From NCBI GenBank assembly GCA_965219385.1, contig CBDCNM010000002.1, positions 1,026,639 to 1,090,638 of the forward strand: a stretch of 64,000 nt of DNA, given 5' to 3'. This document shows positions 41,601 through 53,032 of this stretch, in pieces (position 1 is the stretch's first letter; the number at the start of each line of letters is the position of its first letter). This stretch comes from Candidatus Latescibacterota bacterium. GTDB taxonomy: Bacteria; Latescibacterota; UBA2968; UBA8231. The notes under the pieces were generated by a model. The model saw only the letters and a list, made by a program, of their open reading frames with translations. It ran no database searches and was not told the origin of the DNA. The translations under genes were made by a program, and so were the position numbers.

Positions 41601-42220
41601 TGGGCTCAGTGCACGTGGGGGTATTGGAAGAGTACGAGGAGCAGAAAGAACGCTTTGATTTTCTCTGCCACCAGCGCGACGATCTTTTGGCCGCGGCCGA
41701 AGATCTGAAGAAGACCCTGAGCCTGATCGACCGCCAGGCACGGCGGATTTTCCGTCGTGCCTTCGAGGAGATCAGGCAAAAATTCAAGGAAACCTTTGTC
41801 CGCTTTTTCCCGGGCGGCGAGGCCGATTTGCAGCTGGAGCCGGAGGTGGACGCGCTCGAAGCCGACATCGACATCATTGCGCGCCCGGGCGGCAAACGCC
41901 TGCAGAGCATCACCTTGCTATCGGGCGGCGAGAAAGCCCTCACCGCCATTGCCCTGCTCTTTGCGATCTACCTGGTGAAGCCCAGCCCTTTCTGCATCCT
42001 CGACGAGGTGGACGCCCCGCTCGACGATGCCAACATCGACCGCTTCGTCCGCGTGCTCAAGGAGTTCGCCAGGACCACCCAGTTCATCATGGTGACCCAC
42101 AACAAGCTCTCCATGCACGCCGCCGACACCCTGCACGGTGTCACCATGCCCGAGGAAGGGGTCTCGCAGCTGGTTTCGGTGAGTATGGAGGAGGATATCC
42201 TGGAAGAAGCAGCAGGGTAA
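38651..42220 (+). CDS. smc: Chromosome segregation protein SMC
   Basis: GFKSF, GPNGCGKSN, coiled coils with hinge, LSGGEK, LDEVDAPLD. Confidence 0.98.
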   Translation: MRLTHLEIFGFKSFAQKVEILFGPGITAIVGPNGCGKSNIVEAIRWVLGEQRAGAFRSHRMEEVIFSGAHQRKPLGMAEVALTIENTNNTLPIEFSEVTMARRLFRSGESDYLLNKIPCRLLDFHNLFMDTGLGQGAYAVMEQGMVDEIISEKTENRRRILEEAAGITKYKVRRRSTWSRLESTNADLTRIEDIIAEVKRQVDYLSRQVGRARRYQNLQTELDEKEVLLGRFRFFAARDELRPLQDELEGLNRIAEEGYTRFTTREAGLEKLRLAQTDAEKALQEVGIELNRCVEQIHERERQLVASTEQLNATEQIIERSTRQRQDSTDQLEVYRQQQEEASHILAEALRGLEDTDQRLRTHQEHSDATERSWAEGRAALDLQNQERMNLLRSQSELSRGLERLVTEREGLVSYSDQLQSEIGHLSEELQEVQKKARTAGAELQRLGDHLHQAQQAHRAAQERADALGARLGRLREQRSDLRRTIEARQARLHVMEKVQSGYEGYSSGVRTLMLDSPHVELFQGILGDLIEVDPRFPHAVETALGEALEALVTPAKTGVLEAIHYLQNHSGRAGIFPLEWQKTPLPPQASLPATSGLIGPLLDHVQVDQSIAPLVSRLLHNTFLVEDLETALHLAEQGLEQQICLVTPTGEAVDQHGRIAGGKPGREDAALLGRRQEIRALKTANAHEKAQLTAVETACRSEGQRQEVLSRHLERLGRGIDILKEQEREQAHLRQGHLNEAQRLQARLDQRGREQKQLQERSSGLEASIHSQREKLARIELQSEHLETSINTRTESLRETEAALRTELNQLAALRTEQARIAEQTQSLERDVQRLQSMQQNLQNNIERLSIEVEQAAGARRDLAAQEEHISAELKDMHQTRDSLAQESDHKRQHWDQVNTQTRDLEEEITQLQRELNTHRDRRHQLELQVTELNNRAAHIQERLQEDQRCDVASAGPPEPEVDLDPDELQARVDVLRQSIQRLGSVHVGVLEEYEEQKERFDFLCHQRDDLLAAAEDLKKTLSLIDRQARRIFRRAFEEIRQKFKETFVRFFPGGEADLQLEPEVDALEADIDIIARPGGKRLQSITLLSGGEKALTAIALLFAIYLVKPSPFCILDEVDAPLDDANIDRFVRVLKEFARTTQFIMVTHNKLSMHAADTLHGVTMPEEGVSQLVSVSMEEDILEEAAG

Positions 42221-42245
42221 GCAGCCCGAGCCCTTCTATTTGTCT

Positions 42246-43118
42246 CTATCCGGTCAACCCTGAAAGATTGAGGCCATAGGGATTCTCATGGGCCAGCATC
42301 CCGGCCCGCGTGGCCGTTTTCCCATCCGCGCTCCCCAGTGCCCGGCGCAGAAAATCGGGGCGCTCCTGTAAAAAGGCCTTCATGGCCTCGTGCGGGTTGC
42401 GGTAGTACGCCATCAGCAAATCCCTTTGCTCGCCGGCGATGTGCCCGTTTTCCAGCAACACCTCGAAGAGATCCTCATCCACCCGCAGCAAGGCCGCGGC
42501 CTCGAGCCCGGCTTTGCGCAGGGCCTCGATACCGCCCTGGGCCCGGTCCACCACGTTGAGCCCGTAGGCAATCCGCCCGCCGCAGTCCTGGATAGCCGGT
42601 ATCCAGGTCCTGAAATAACTCGAGGCCTCGGTAACCAGATCGGCGATGTGTACCGTCCTCTTGCCCTCCAGGCCATCGACCTCTTCAGCACCACCATCGC
42701 CGCACAACACCCTGCCGAGATCTTTGTAGATGAGCAGGTGGGGCTTGTGCAGCAAGTCCGCAACAGCCGGGGAAAAAAACCAGTCGCGCCGCTCTCCACC
42801 CGAGATATAGTCGAAATCCCCGGTGGTTTTATCCTGGATTTCCCGCACCAGGGCATCGATCACCTCCCGATAGATCTCGTCCTCGGCATAATTGCCCCTC
42901 ACCCGCTCCGCCAACAACTGCGGAAACACAGCCCTGTCACCCTTTTCCGCATTGATGAATGCGAGCAAATTCTCGGCTTTTTGCGGGCTGCCGTAGAGGT
43001 AGTGGGTGTTGATGTAATAGGGTCCTATAGTACCCGAGGTGTACCAGAATACCTCTCCCGGAGGGGCGAACCGCAGAGCCTGGGTCCGCAGCAGAGCCGT
43101 GACCAGATCCATTGCCAT
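42246..43118 (-). CDS. Orotate phosphoribosyltransferase-like PRTase
   Basis: FWYTSGTIGPYYINTH, SGGERRDW, HIADLVTEASS PRPP-loop variant. Confidence 0.7.
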   Translation of the reverse strand: MAMDLVTALLRTQALRFAPPGEVFWYTSGTIGPYYINTHYLYGSPQKAENLLAFINAEKGDRAVFPQLLAERVRGNYAEDEIYREVIDALVREIQDKTTGDFDYISGGERRDWFFSPAVADLLHKPHLLIYKDLGRVLCGDGGAEEVDGLEGKRTVHIADLVTEASSYFRTWIPAIQDCGGRIAYGLNVVDRAQGGIEALRKAGLEAAALLRVDEDLFEVLLENGHIAGEQRDLLMAYYRNPHEAMKAFLQERPDFLRRALGSADGKTATRAGMLAHENPYGLNLSGLTG

Positions 43119-43197
43119 AATAGCCCTTGCGAAGGGGTAAAGAAGTGTCGCGTTCAGGCGGCAGGAGTGCCGCGTTTGGGAAACAATACCACCCTGG

Positions 43198-43869
43198 CTA
43201 CCCTGCCTTGCCGCAGCACCTTTTGTACTTTTTGCCGCTCCCACAGGGACAGGGATCGTTGCGCCCTATCTTGGGCGCCTCGCGGCGAAAGGTCTCCACC
43301 TTCTGCGGAAAAAGTCGGCCCCCCGCGAGCACTTCTCCCGGTTTTTTGCCTTCCAGCGCCTCGCGCGGGGTATCCAGCCATTCCTCGTGGAGGCTTTGAA
43401 TCGCCTCGTTCATTTCGTCCTGTCCGGCCTCCGGGCCAATCTCTCTCTCCTCGCAGAATTGCCCGAAATCGGCCAGCAGAGCCCCCTGCGGCGAAGCCAT
43501 CAACTTTTCGACCTGCTCCATATCCACCCCAGGAGGTAGACCAAGATCTTTCAACTCCTGAAGGGAGAGATCCATCGCCTCTGAACGGGACTCGTCGGTG
43601 GCTTCCTCTTCGGTTTCCGACTCGGCCGGAGGAGGAGCGACCTGCTCGGCGATCTTGTCCAGCACGGCCTTCAACTCCAGATTGGCTTCCCCGGAGCCCT
43701 CCGGCAGGACCTGTTCGACGATCCAGTCTACAGTCTCTCCTTCCTCCAGGAGTTCCACCATCTCCTCTGGAGAGAACCGCTGGATGCCTTGTGCTTCACA
43801 CAGTCGTTCCAGTTCTCCGCTCAATTCTTCCACTGCGGGTTTCCTCCTGTCGAAGTGAGAATCTATCAC
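43198..43869 (-). CDS. SEC-C motif protein
   Basis: C-terminal [20 protein letters not shown]; acidic body. Confidence 0.85.
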   Translation of the reverse strand: MIDSHFDRRKPAVEELSGELERLCEAQGIQRFSPEEMVELLEEGETVDWIVEQVLPEGSGEANLELKAVLDKIAEQVAPPPAESETEEEATDESRSEAMDLSLQELKDLGLPPGVDMEQVEKLMASPQGALLADFGQFCEEREIGPEAGQDEMNEAIQSLHEEWLDTPREALEGKKPGEVLAGGRLFPQKVETFRREAPKIGRNDPCPCGSGKKYKRCCGKAG

Positions 43870-43932
43870 CTGCCCACAAAGATGTCAAAAGCCTCAAAAA
43901 AGTGAGATGAGTCTCAGATTTCTGAGACTCAT

Positions 43933-44181
43933 CAGTACTTCACGGAATCGGCGGGCGGCTGTGCGGGGCTTGTGCCTCTGGCGTTTTATGAGGCCCAGGG
44001 CGCTCTTGCCCCGCTCCACCCCCCCAGGCAGGCCTGAGTCCCAGAGCCCCCTTTTCCTCACTCCACCCCCCTACTACCCCCTCCCTGCTGCTGCGCCCGC
44101 TCGCAGCCCCCACCGCCCTGCCGGCAACATCCCCTCCCGGCCTTGAGGTCCAAATAGTTACGGATGTTTCGTGAAGTACTG
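43933..44181. mobile_element. Putative MITE (249 bp)
   Basis: 15-bp terminal IRs cagtacttcacggaa / tttcgtgaagtactg (1 mismatch); flanks ctcat / ctaat; no transposase. Confidence 0.65.
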
Positions 44182-44310
44182 CTAATCTACTGGAATTGCA
44201 CCTGAGAAGCCGTCTTGAAACCCCCGGCAACACTCGGTGCGGCGCCGGCTCTTCCGGCGCGTCTGGGTAAACTGTCGATTTCAACTAAGAAGGCTTCCAA
44301 TACCAATCAG

Positions 44311-44345
44311 TGGCACAAATTTTGCCTATGGCACAAATTTTGCTT
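44311..44345 (+). promoter_or_regulatory. Two tandem sigma54 (-24/-12) promoter motifs
   Basis: TGGCACAAATTTTGC at 44311 and 44329 (GG-N10-GC), upstream of the ECF sigma gene. Confidence 0.7.
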
Positions 44346-44455
44346 ATCTTGCTTATTGTGAAATCAGGGTACATGCATATATTACCTTTAGCCGCTCTGA
44401 TGCTGCCAATATACCTTAGAACTTAGAAGGCGTTTTTAGAAAGGGAGGATCGTCC

Positions 44456-45076
44456 ATGGAGAGGCCACAAAACCTGTCGGATAAGGAAATCCTCATGCGG
44501 GCAGCTAAGGATCAGGCCAACCTGGCCATCCTGGTCAACCGCTATCGCACCCCACTCTACAACTTTGTCTACCGCTTTGTCGGGGATCGCGAAACCGCCG
44601 AAGACATCATCCAGGAAACCTTTCTGCGCTGTTTGAAACACAGCCATCAATACCCTGCAATCGAACAGGTAGCCACCTGGCTCTACACCATTGCCGGAAA
44701 CCTGGCCAAAACCGAACTCCGCCGCCGCAAACGCTGGCACTGGGTTCCAATCGGACCGAGCGAAGACGATGAAAGAACATCGTTTTATGAGCCGGTGGAC
44801 AAAGAGCGGTTGCCCGGTGAACAAACCGATACCAAAAGGGTCCGGGATTTGGTGGTCGCGGCCATCCACGAACTGCCGGATGAATTCCGCGAAGCTGTGC
44901 TGCTGCGCGATCTGAACGGGTTCTCCTACGAAGAGATCTCCAAGATCATCAACCGCCCGGTGGGCACCGTCAAATCCCGCGTCAATCGAGGCCGTATCCG
45001 CTTGCAGAAAAACCTGCAAAACCTCGCCGAGGAGGTCATCGGCACCCTTGCTGGCCAGGCTTCCATGGGCGCCTGA
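44456..45076 (+). CDS. ECF sigma-70 factor (RpoE/SigW-like)
   Basis: AEDIIQETF, TWLYTIA.N, LP..FREAV.LR...G.SYEEI.......GTVKSR..RGR. Confidence 0.93.
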   Translation: MERPQNLSDKEILMRAAKDQANLAILVNRYRTPLYNFVYRFVGDRETAEDIIQETFLRCLKHSHQYPAIEQVATWLYTIAGNLAKTELRRRKRWHWVPIGPSEDDERTSFYEPVDKERLPGEQTDTKRVRDLVVAAIHELPDEFREAVLLRDLNGFSYEEISKIINRPVGTVKSRVNRGRIRLQKNLQNLAEEVIGTLAGQASMGA

Positions 45077-45247
45077 GTCCTCCCGGGGCATGCACACCCT
45101 CTGATTGTTACACAGGTTTCCTTGCCCTCTCCCATAGGGTGATTTCACCCATTCTGGTGGCGATTCCGCGATTCATCTGGAAATAGTCCACGCTGGGGCT
45201 GATGAGCTCTGGCAGGATGCGGATGGCAGGGGGTTTGAAAAGGGTGC

Positions 45248-46300
45248 TTAAAACGCGCGCTGGACCAGAAAATCCAGCATTTCTCCAAGTAAATCGCGCG
45301 CCGGGCTGTAGTGGACCTCCTCCAGATGGTTCAGGCTCTCTGCTGCCTTCTCCTGGCAGATCTGCCCGGCGTACTCCATACATCCATAGCACTCGACCAG
45401 GCCAATGACGCGTTCGATCTCTTCCGCTGTATTGTAGCGGCGTTCCTGGTGCAATATGGTCAGCACTTCCCGGTGTTCTTCAGGTGTGCACTTGCGCAGC
45501 AAATCGATGATGATCAGGGTGCGTTTCCCCTCGGCAATGTCCCCGCCGCGTTCCTTTCCATACGCCCCGGAAGTCACCCCCGGAGCGATTTCCGCATCCT
45601 GCTCGGAGGAAGTCAGGTTGAGCAGATCGTCGCGGATCTGAAAGGCAATAGCCATGGCCTCGCCAAAGTCGCCCAAGGCACGGCGTTCCTCGTCCGGGGC
45701 ACCGGCGATGATGGCCCCGGCCGAGCATAGACCTCTTCCCGAGTACCACCCGGTCTTCTTGCGCAGCATGGTCATGAATTCTGCTTCCGTGGGTATGTAA
45801 CGCTGGCGGGTCCAGCCCACGTCGTAGGCCTGACCTTCAAAGGTCTCCCGCGATCCTCGGATCATTTCCTCGATCAGGGTCAGGGTCTTTTCGCAGTCCA
45901 CCACCTCGCGGTTGGCAGACAGCATCTCGAATACCTTGGCGTAGAGCGCATCGCCGATGTTGACGCTCAGGGGAATGCCGTGCAGCTTGTGGATACAGGG
46001 CTTGCCACGCCGGACCTCGGAATCGTCTTCGATATCGTCGTGGAGCAGGGCAAAGGAATGGAACATCTCAAAAGCAGCGGCGGTGCGCACGGCCTGGTCC
46101 GTATCGCCGCCCATGGCCTCACATGAGAGCAACACTAGGGCCGGACGGAAACGTTTGCCGCCGCGCTCGGGGTAATCCCGCATGGGCCGGTACATATACT
46201 CTTCTGGTTCCTGCACCGGCAAAAAAGAGAACATCTCCTGCTCGACAATGGGGGTGGCTCTTTCCAGGAAGGCCCGCAGGTCAGGGGCAACCATCGACAT
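45248..46300 (-). CDS. Polyprenyl diphosphate synthase (GGPPS/IdsA-like)
   Basis: GGKRFRP, FALLHDDIED..RRG, KTG, FQIRDD, DIAEGK. Confidence 0.92.
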   Translation of the reverse strand: MSMVAPDLRAFLERATPIVEQEMFSFLPVQEPEEYMYRPMRDYPERGGKRFRPALVLLSCEAMGGDTDQAVRTAAAFEMFHSFALLHDDIEDDSEVRRGKPCIHKLHGIPLSVNIGDALYAKVFEMLSANREVVDCEKTLTLIEEMIRGSRETFEGQAYDVGWTRQRYIPTEAEFMTMLRKKTGWYSGRGLCSAGAIIAGAPDEERRALGDFGEAMAIAFQIRDDLLNLTSSEQDAEIAPGVTSGAYGKERGGDIAEGKRTLIIIDLLRKCTPEEHREVLTILHQERRYNTAEEIERVIGLVECYGCMEYAGQICQEKAAESLNHLEEVHYSPARDLLGEMLDFLVQRAF

Positions 46301-46369
46301 GTTTATCCTTTCTTGAAGGGTGCGGTTAACACAATTGAATTATCGACAATTCGTGCCCCCAGAGCAAAC

Positions 46370-46407
46370 AAAAAAAGGCCAACCATCGTTTGATGATCGG
46401 CCTTCCT
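46370..46407 (-). terminator. Intrinsic terminator of the atp operon
   Basis: Minus strand aaggccgatcatc-aaac-gatggttggcctttttt downstream of atpC. Confidence 0.7.
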
Positions 46408-46424
46408 TAAAAAACCATGAGGGA

Positions 46425-46826
46425 TTAACCACCGTCGGAAATCTTCAGGCGGTTCAAAGCCCGACTCAAGGCGGTTTCGGCCCGCGCTTTATCGATATCC
46501 TCGCTCTGGGCCAGCCGTTCCAGAGCCCGGGCCCGCGCTGCTCGAGCCCGCGCCGCGTTGATCTCGTCGCCGAACTCGGCGGTCTCGGCCAGCACCGTGA
46601 CGCGGTCTCGCTGGACCTCGACAAAACCGCCGCTGGCAGCCACCTTTCTGGAGGTGCCCCCCTCTTCGACAAAGGCAATCTGGCCGATCCGCAGGGAACT
46701 CAACATGGGCAGGTGGCCGGACAGAACCCCGAAGCTGCCCTCGCTGCCCGGTGCCTGCAGGTGCTCCACCACACCTGAATAGAGCGTCTTCTCGGGCGTG
46801 ACGATTTCCAGTGCGAAGGAAGGCAT
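46425..46826 (-). CDS. atpC: ATP synthase F1 epsilon
   Basis: LEIVTPE, PGSEGSFGVL..H, SGGFVEV; operon order. Confidence 0.95.
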   Translation of the reverse strand: MPSFALEIVTPEKTLYSGVVEHLQAPGSEGSFGVLSGHLPMLSSLRIGQIAFVEEGGTSRKVAASGGFVEVQRDRVTVLAETAEFGDEINAARARAARARALERLAQSEDIDKARAETALSRALNRLKISDGG

Positions 46827-46829
46827 TGA

Positions 46830-48233
<1,404 letters not shown>

Positions 48234-48255
48234 TTACCTCGCGTAGTAAACAGCG

Positions 48256-49116
48256 CTATTGAGCCACGGCCTCGGCACCGCCGATGATGTCCATTAATTC
48301 GAGGGTTATCGAGGCCTGCCGCTCTTTGTTCATTGCGCGGGTCAGCTCCTCGATCAGGTCGCCGGCGTTCTTGGTGGCGTTGTCCATCGCCGTCATTTGG
48401 GCGGCGAAAAAGCCCGCATTCGACTTCAGCAAAGCGCACCAGACCTGGAAGTTGACCTGGCGCGGTACCAAAGCACCTAACAGCGCCTCGGACGACGGCT
48501 CGAAGACGTAGTCGGTTGAGGCACCCTCCCCCGCTCCCTCCTCGGCCGCGATGGGCAGGAGCTGGCGGACGGTGGGCACCTGGGAGGCGACGGAGGCGAA
48601 TTCGCTATAGCAGAGCAACACCCGGTCGGTTTGGCCGGCGGCAAAGCGGCGCGTCAGATCCTGGGCGATATCCGCGGCGCGGGCGAATTCGAGCCGGCTG
48701 AACACGTCGGCGTGGTGGCGGGAGATTGAGTAGCCGCGATGACCGAAGAAGTCCCGGCCTTTGCGCCCGACGGTGATCAGCTCAAGTTGGGAGTCCGCAT
48801 ACTCGCCCAGCTCGGCCTGAACCCGGCGGCACAGGTTGGCATTAAAGCCGCCGCAGAGGCCGCGATCGGAGGTTATGACCACCAGCGCGACGCGCTGGGC
48901 CGGGCGCTCCGCAAAGAGCGGCTGCTCGTCAGCATCGACGCTCTGGTGCAGTGCCCTCAACACCTGGTCCAACCGCTGAGAGTACGGCCGGGCGGCTGCA
49001 ATCGCCTCCTGGGCGCGGCGCATCTTGGCCGCCGCCACCATCTGCATGGCATTGGTGACGCGCTGGATATTGGTAATGCTGGCGACGCGCGTCCTGAGTT
49101 CGCGCAGGGTGGCCAT
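48256..49116 (-). CDS. atpG: ATP synthase F1 gamma
   Basis: T.AMQMVAAAK, SDRGLCGGFN, MTAMDNAT.NA, RQASIT.EL. Confidence 0.97.
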   Translation of the reverse strand: MATLRELRTRVASITNIQRVTNAMQMVAAAKMRRAQEAIAAARPYSQRLDQVLRALHQSVDADEQPLFAERPAQRVALVVITSDRGLCGGFNANLCRRVQAELGEYADSQLELITVGRKGRDFFGHRGYSISRHHADVFSRLEFARAADIAQDLTRRFAAGQTDRVLLCYSEFASVASQVPTVRQLLPIAAEEGAGEGASTDYVFEPSSEALLGALVPRQVNFQVWCALLKSNAGFFAAQMTAMDNATKNAGDLIEELTRAMNKERQASITLELMDIIGGAEAVAQ

Positions 49117-49127
49117 CGCTTAGTCCC

Positions 49128-50654
49128 CTAGGCCGCAGAAGGGCGGAAGCCGCCCTTGAACTCTTCGATAGCCGCGTCGAGCCTGGCCTTGACCGCGTCG
49201 CTCAGCTCGCGGGTCTCCTTGATCTCGGACAGCAGCTCGGGCTGGCGGTCGCGGATATAGGCCAGCAATTCGGCCTCAAAGCGGCCCAAATCAGCCGTGG
49301 GCAGATCGAGCACGTGGTCAATGGCCGACAGGGCCACGGTCTCGTCCTCGAGAGCCAGGGGCTGGTGCTGGCCCTGCTTGAGAATCTCCATCAATTTTTC
49401 GCCGCGGTTGAGTAGATTGCGCGTGGATTGGTCCAGATCTGAGGTGCCGAATTGGGCGAAGGCCTTGACTTCGTTGTAGCGCGAAATATCGCCCTTGATG
49501 GTCCTGGCCACCGCTTTCATCGCCTTGGTCTGGGCATCGCTGCCCACGCGCGACACCGAGGCGCCCACATCCATGGCCGGCCTGCTGCCCGAGTAGAACA
49601 ACTCGGGTTTGAGCAGGATCTGGCCATCGGTAATCGAGATGACATTGGTGGGCACAAAAGTCGATACGTCGCCCTCGAGGATCTCGATGACCGGCAGGGC
49701 CGTCAGCGACCCGCCGCCCTTCTCATCGCTCATCTTGGCGGCGCGCTCCAACAGGCGCGAGTGCAAATAGAACACGTCGCCCGGATAGGCTTCGCGGCCC
49801 GGGGGTCGGCGCAAGACCAGCGACATCTCGCGGTAGGCCCAGGCCTGTTTGGACAGATCGTCGTAGATGATCAGCGCGTGCTGGCCGTTGTCGCGGAAGT
49901 ACTCGCCCATCGAGGCACCGGCATAGGGCGACAAAAACTGCAGAGGCGCCGGCTCGGACGCCGTGGCCGAGACCACGATAGTGTACCCCATGGCGCCGTT
50001 GGCCTCCAGTTCGGCCACCACCTTGGCCGCGGTGGAGGACTTTTGTCCGATGGCCACGTAGATACACTTGACGTCCTGGTCCTTCTGGTTGATGATGGTA
50101 TCGATGGCAATGGCCGTCTTGCCGGTTTGCCGATCACCGATAATCAGCTCGCGCTGACCGCGGCCGATAGGCACGGTGGAATCGATGATCTTGATGCCGG
50201 TCTGCAGCGCTTCGAAGACCGGCTGGCGGTCAATCACGCCCGGGGCCTTGCGCTCTACGGGGAAGCTCTGAGTAACATGGATCTCGCCCTTGCCGTCGAG
50301 GGGCTGTCCGAGAGGGTTGACCACCCGCCCCAGCAACTCCTCGCCCACCGGCACTTCGACGATGCGGCCGGTGCGCTTGACTTGGTCGCCTTCGTTGATG
50401 AGGGTGTCCGCGCCGAAGAGCACGCAGCCGACATTGTCCTCCTCGAGATTGAGGGCCATCCCCATGATGCCGTGGGGAAATTCCACCAACTCGGTGGCGC
50501 GCACATTGCCTAGGCCGTGGACCCGGGCAATGCCATCGCCGACGTAGAGCACGGTCCCGGCCTCGTACACATCTACTTCTCTTTCGTAGCCCAGCAACTG
50601 TTGTTTGAGGATCTGGGAGATCTCGTCGGGTTGTACCATTGTTTCGGTGGGCAT
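49128..50654 (-). CDS. atpA: ATP synthase F1 alpha
   Basis: [40 protein letters not shown]. Confidence 0.98.
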   Translation of the reverse strand: MPTETMVQPDEISQILKQQLLGYEREVDVYEAGTVLYVGDGIARVHGLGNVRATELVEFPHGIMGMALNLEEDNVGCVLFGADTLINEGDQVKRTGRIVEVPVGEELLGRVVNPLGQPLDGKGEIHVTQSFPVERKAPGVIDRQPVFEALQTGIKIIDSTVPIGRGQRELIIGDRQTGKTAIAIDTIINQKDQDVKCIYVAIGQKSSTAAKVVAELEANGAMGYTIVVSATASEPAPLQFLSPYAGASMGEYFRDNGQHALIIYDDLSKQAWAYREMSLVLRRPPGREAYPGDVFYLHSRLLERAAKMSDEKGGGSLTALPVIEILEGDVSTFVPTNVISITDGQILLKPELFYSGSRPAMDVGASVSRVGSDAQTKAMKAVARTIKGDISRYNEVKAFAQFGTSDLDQSTRNLLNRGEKLMEILKQGQHQPLALEDETVALSAIDHVLDLPTADLGRFEAELLAYIRDRQPELLSEIKETRELSDAVKARLDAAIEEFKGGFRPSAA

Positions 50655-50690
50655 GACGTATTCCTTCTTATTATCTTTGCTATTGCGGCC

Positions 50691-51230
50691 TCAGGTGCCG
50701 GCCAACCGCCGGTGCAGGCGTTGCAGATGAGTCGTCAGACTCCCATCGAAAACCGTATCGCCAACCTGTGCTATCAAGCCTCCCCTGACCTTTCTATCGA
50801 TCCGGGTCCGCAGTCTGATCTCTTTGCCGGTATAGGCGGCCAAGCGCGCCCGCAGGTGTCCTTCCTGCTCCTTGCTCAATTCCGCGGCGGAACGCACCTC
50901 GACGATGAAAACACCGGCCCGCTCGTCGAACAATTCCACGCAGGCATCGAGTATCCCGGACAACAGATTGACGCGCCGCCGCCGGGCCAGAAGCAGGAGA
51001 AAATTCAGCGTCAGGCCCTGCACCTTGCCGGCGAACAACTGTTCCAGAACGCGGCCCTTGACTTCTTCGCCGATCAGCCGATCGCCCAAGAAGGACACCA
51101 GTTCGGCGGAGGCGTCCAGGGTCGCGATCAGGCGCTCGACATCCTCGCGCACCGGCTCGAAAACCTCGGTTTCAGCGGCTGCATCCAGCAAGGTGCCCGC
51201 GTAACGCTGTACTACCTCGGGAGCTTTCAT
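50691..51230 (-). CDS. atpH: ATP synthase delta
   Basis: RYA..L, NFL.LL, GG.I..VGD.V.DGS; operon order. Confidence 0.92.
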   Translation of the reverse strand: MKAPEVVQRYAGTLLDAAAETEVFEPVREDVERLIATLDASAELVSFLGDRLIGEEVKGRVLEQLFAGKVQGLTLNFLLLLARRRRVNLLSGILDACVELFDERAGVFIVEVRSAAELSKEQEGHLRARLAAYTGKEIRLRTRIDRKVRGGLIAQVGDTVFDGSLTTHLQRLHRRLAGT

Positions 51231-51299
51231 CAAAGGTTGGGGCTCTTCTCTTTCTGCGATTGGCAACCCAGCATGGACAGACCCGGCGCCGGACCGGGC

Positions 51300-51803
51300 T
51301 CAGTTATTTTCAGCCGGCCCCTGGGGTATTCCCTCGATCAGGTCGTCCACCAGCTTGCGGTTCTTCTCGTCGTCGAGATTGGCCTCCACCAGTGCACCGG
51401 CGGCCTGCACCGCCAGATCCGCCACCTCTGCACGCAACTCGGTCAGGGCGGCCTGTTTATCGATCTCAATGCTGCGACGGGCCTGCTCCACGGTCTGGCG
51501 GGCCTCGGCGCGCGCCTTCTCGAGGTTTTCGCGGTGGACCTTTTCCGCTTCTTTGCGGGCCGCGGCGATGATCTGCCGCGCCTCTTCCTCGGCCTCTTCG
51601 AGCTTTTCCTGGTGCTCGGCGAGCGTGGCCTGGGCCTCTTCCCGGGCCTTCTCCGCACTCTCCAGGGCGTCCGCTATCCGCTTTTCGCGCTCGTCCAGAG
51701 CGACCAGCAGTGGTTTCCACACCGTGGCCTTCAAGACGAAGAGCACGACCAGAAAAGTGACGATCGTCCAGATGATGAGTCCTACATGCGGGTTCAATAG
51801 CAT
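51300..51803 (-). CDS. atpF: ATP synthase F0 b
   Basis: N-terminal TM, WKPL..ALDERE, coiled coil. Confidence 0.95.
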   Translation of the reverse strand: MLLNPHVGLIIWTIVTFLVVLFVLKATVWKPLLVALDEREKRIADALESAEKAREEAQATLAEHQEKLEEAEEEARQIIAAARKEAEKVHRENLEKARAEARQTVEQARRSIEIDKQAALTELRAEVADLAVQAAGALVEANLDDEKNRKLVDDLIEGIPQGPAENN

Positions 51804-51831
51804 AAAGCCGCCCTATTCCTAAATGGAAAAC

Positions 51832-52056
<225 letters not shown>

Positions 52057-52083
52057 CTACCTTTCTTGAAAAAGTAAACCCTG

Positions 52084-52929
52084 CTAGTGCTCGGGATGAG
52101 CGGCCATGCTTATAAAGACTGCCGAAAGCAAGGTAAAAATGAACGCCTGAACAAAAGCAATGAATATCTCGAGCAGGTAAATGGCCGCGGCAAAGGGCAC
52201 GGACACCACGGCCACCCACGCACTTTTGAGCATGATGATAAGTCCCAGAAAGATCAGGATGGCCACGTGACCGCCGGTCATATTGGCAAAGAGGCGGACA
52301 CAGAGGGCAAAAGGCTTGACAAAGAAGCTGATGATTTCCACCAAAACCATGATGGGCAACAACCAGGAGGGCACGCCTGGAGGAACCAGGCTTTTGAGAT
52401 AGCCCAGGAGACCATTGTTGGCAATGCCGGCTAGCTGGATGGCGACAAAGGAACACAGGGCCAGACCGGCAGTAACGCTGATATTGCCCGTCGGCGTAGC
52501 GCTGTAGGGAACGAGGCCCAATAGATTGCAGAATAAAATAAAAAAGAAGATAGTGAGCAGGAAGGGCAGGTAGGTCTTGCCGTGCTCACCCATAATCGGC
52601 AATACGACCTCGTCGCGCAGGAAGACGACTATAGCTTCAAAAAAATTGCCCAGACCAAAAGTCACCAGGCGAGGTTTGCGGAAGACCAGGGACATCGTCA
52701 GGATGAGCAGGGCTCCGGCCACCCACATCATCACCACGTGGCGGGTGATCGACAGGTCAATGGAGAGGCCAAAGAGCTCGATGGGCGCGAAGGTGGGAAG
52801 GTGAATCTTGCCGTCGAAAAAGTGGTGGGCGTTCCAAAAGGGCACTTCGAGATAGTCGTGATCCAGAAGATGCCCTACAATATCTACTTGTCCCTCTGCG
52901 GCTTCGGCCGCGTGCGCTTCTCCTGCCAT
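52084..52929 (-). CDS. atpB: ATP synthase F0 a
   Basis: NLLGLVP, FALCVRLFANMTGGH, VQAFIF. Confidence 0.96.
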   Translation of the reverse strand: MAGEAHAAEAAEGQVDIVGHLLDHDYLEVPFWNAHHFFDGKIHLPTFAPIELFGLSIDLSITRHVVMMWVAGALLILTMSLVFRKPRLVTFGLGNFFEAIVVFLRDEVVLPIMGEHGKTYLPFLLTIFFFILFCNLLGLVPYSATPTGNISVTAGLALCSFVAIQLAGIANNGLLGYLKSLVPPGVPSWLLPIMVLVEIISFFVKPFALCVRLFANMTGGHVAILIFLGLIIMLKSAWVAVVSVPFAAAIYLLEIFIAFVQAFIFTLLSAVFISMAAHPEH

Positions 52930-53032
52930 TAATCTCTTTCTAGAAAAGCCGGCACAGAGGCAGAAACAGTGATTTAGACAATTTGAAGAACTGGCTGCCG
53001 GGTCAATAAACTAAGGCACCGGAGAAGATATG

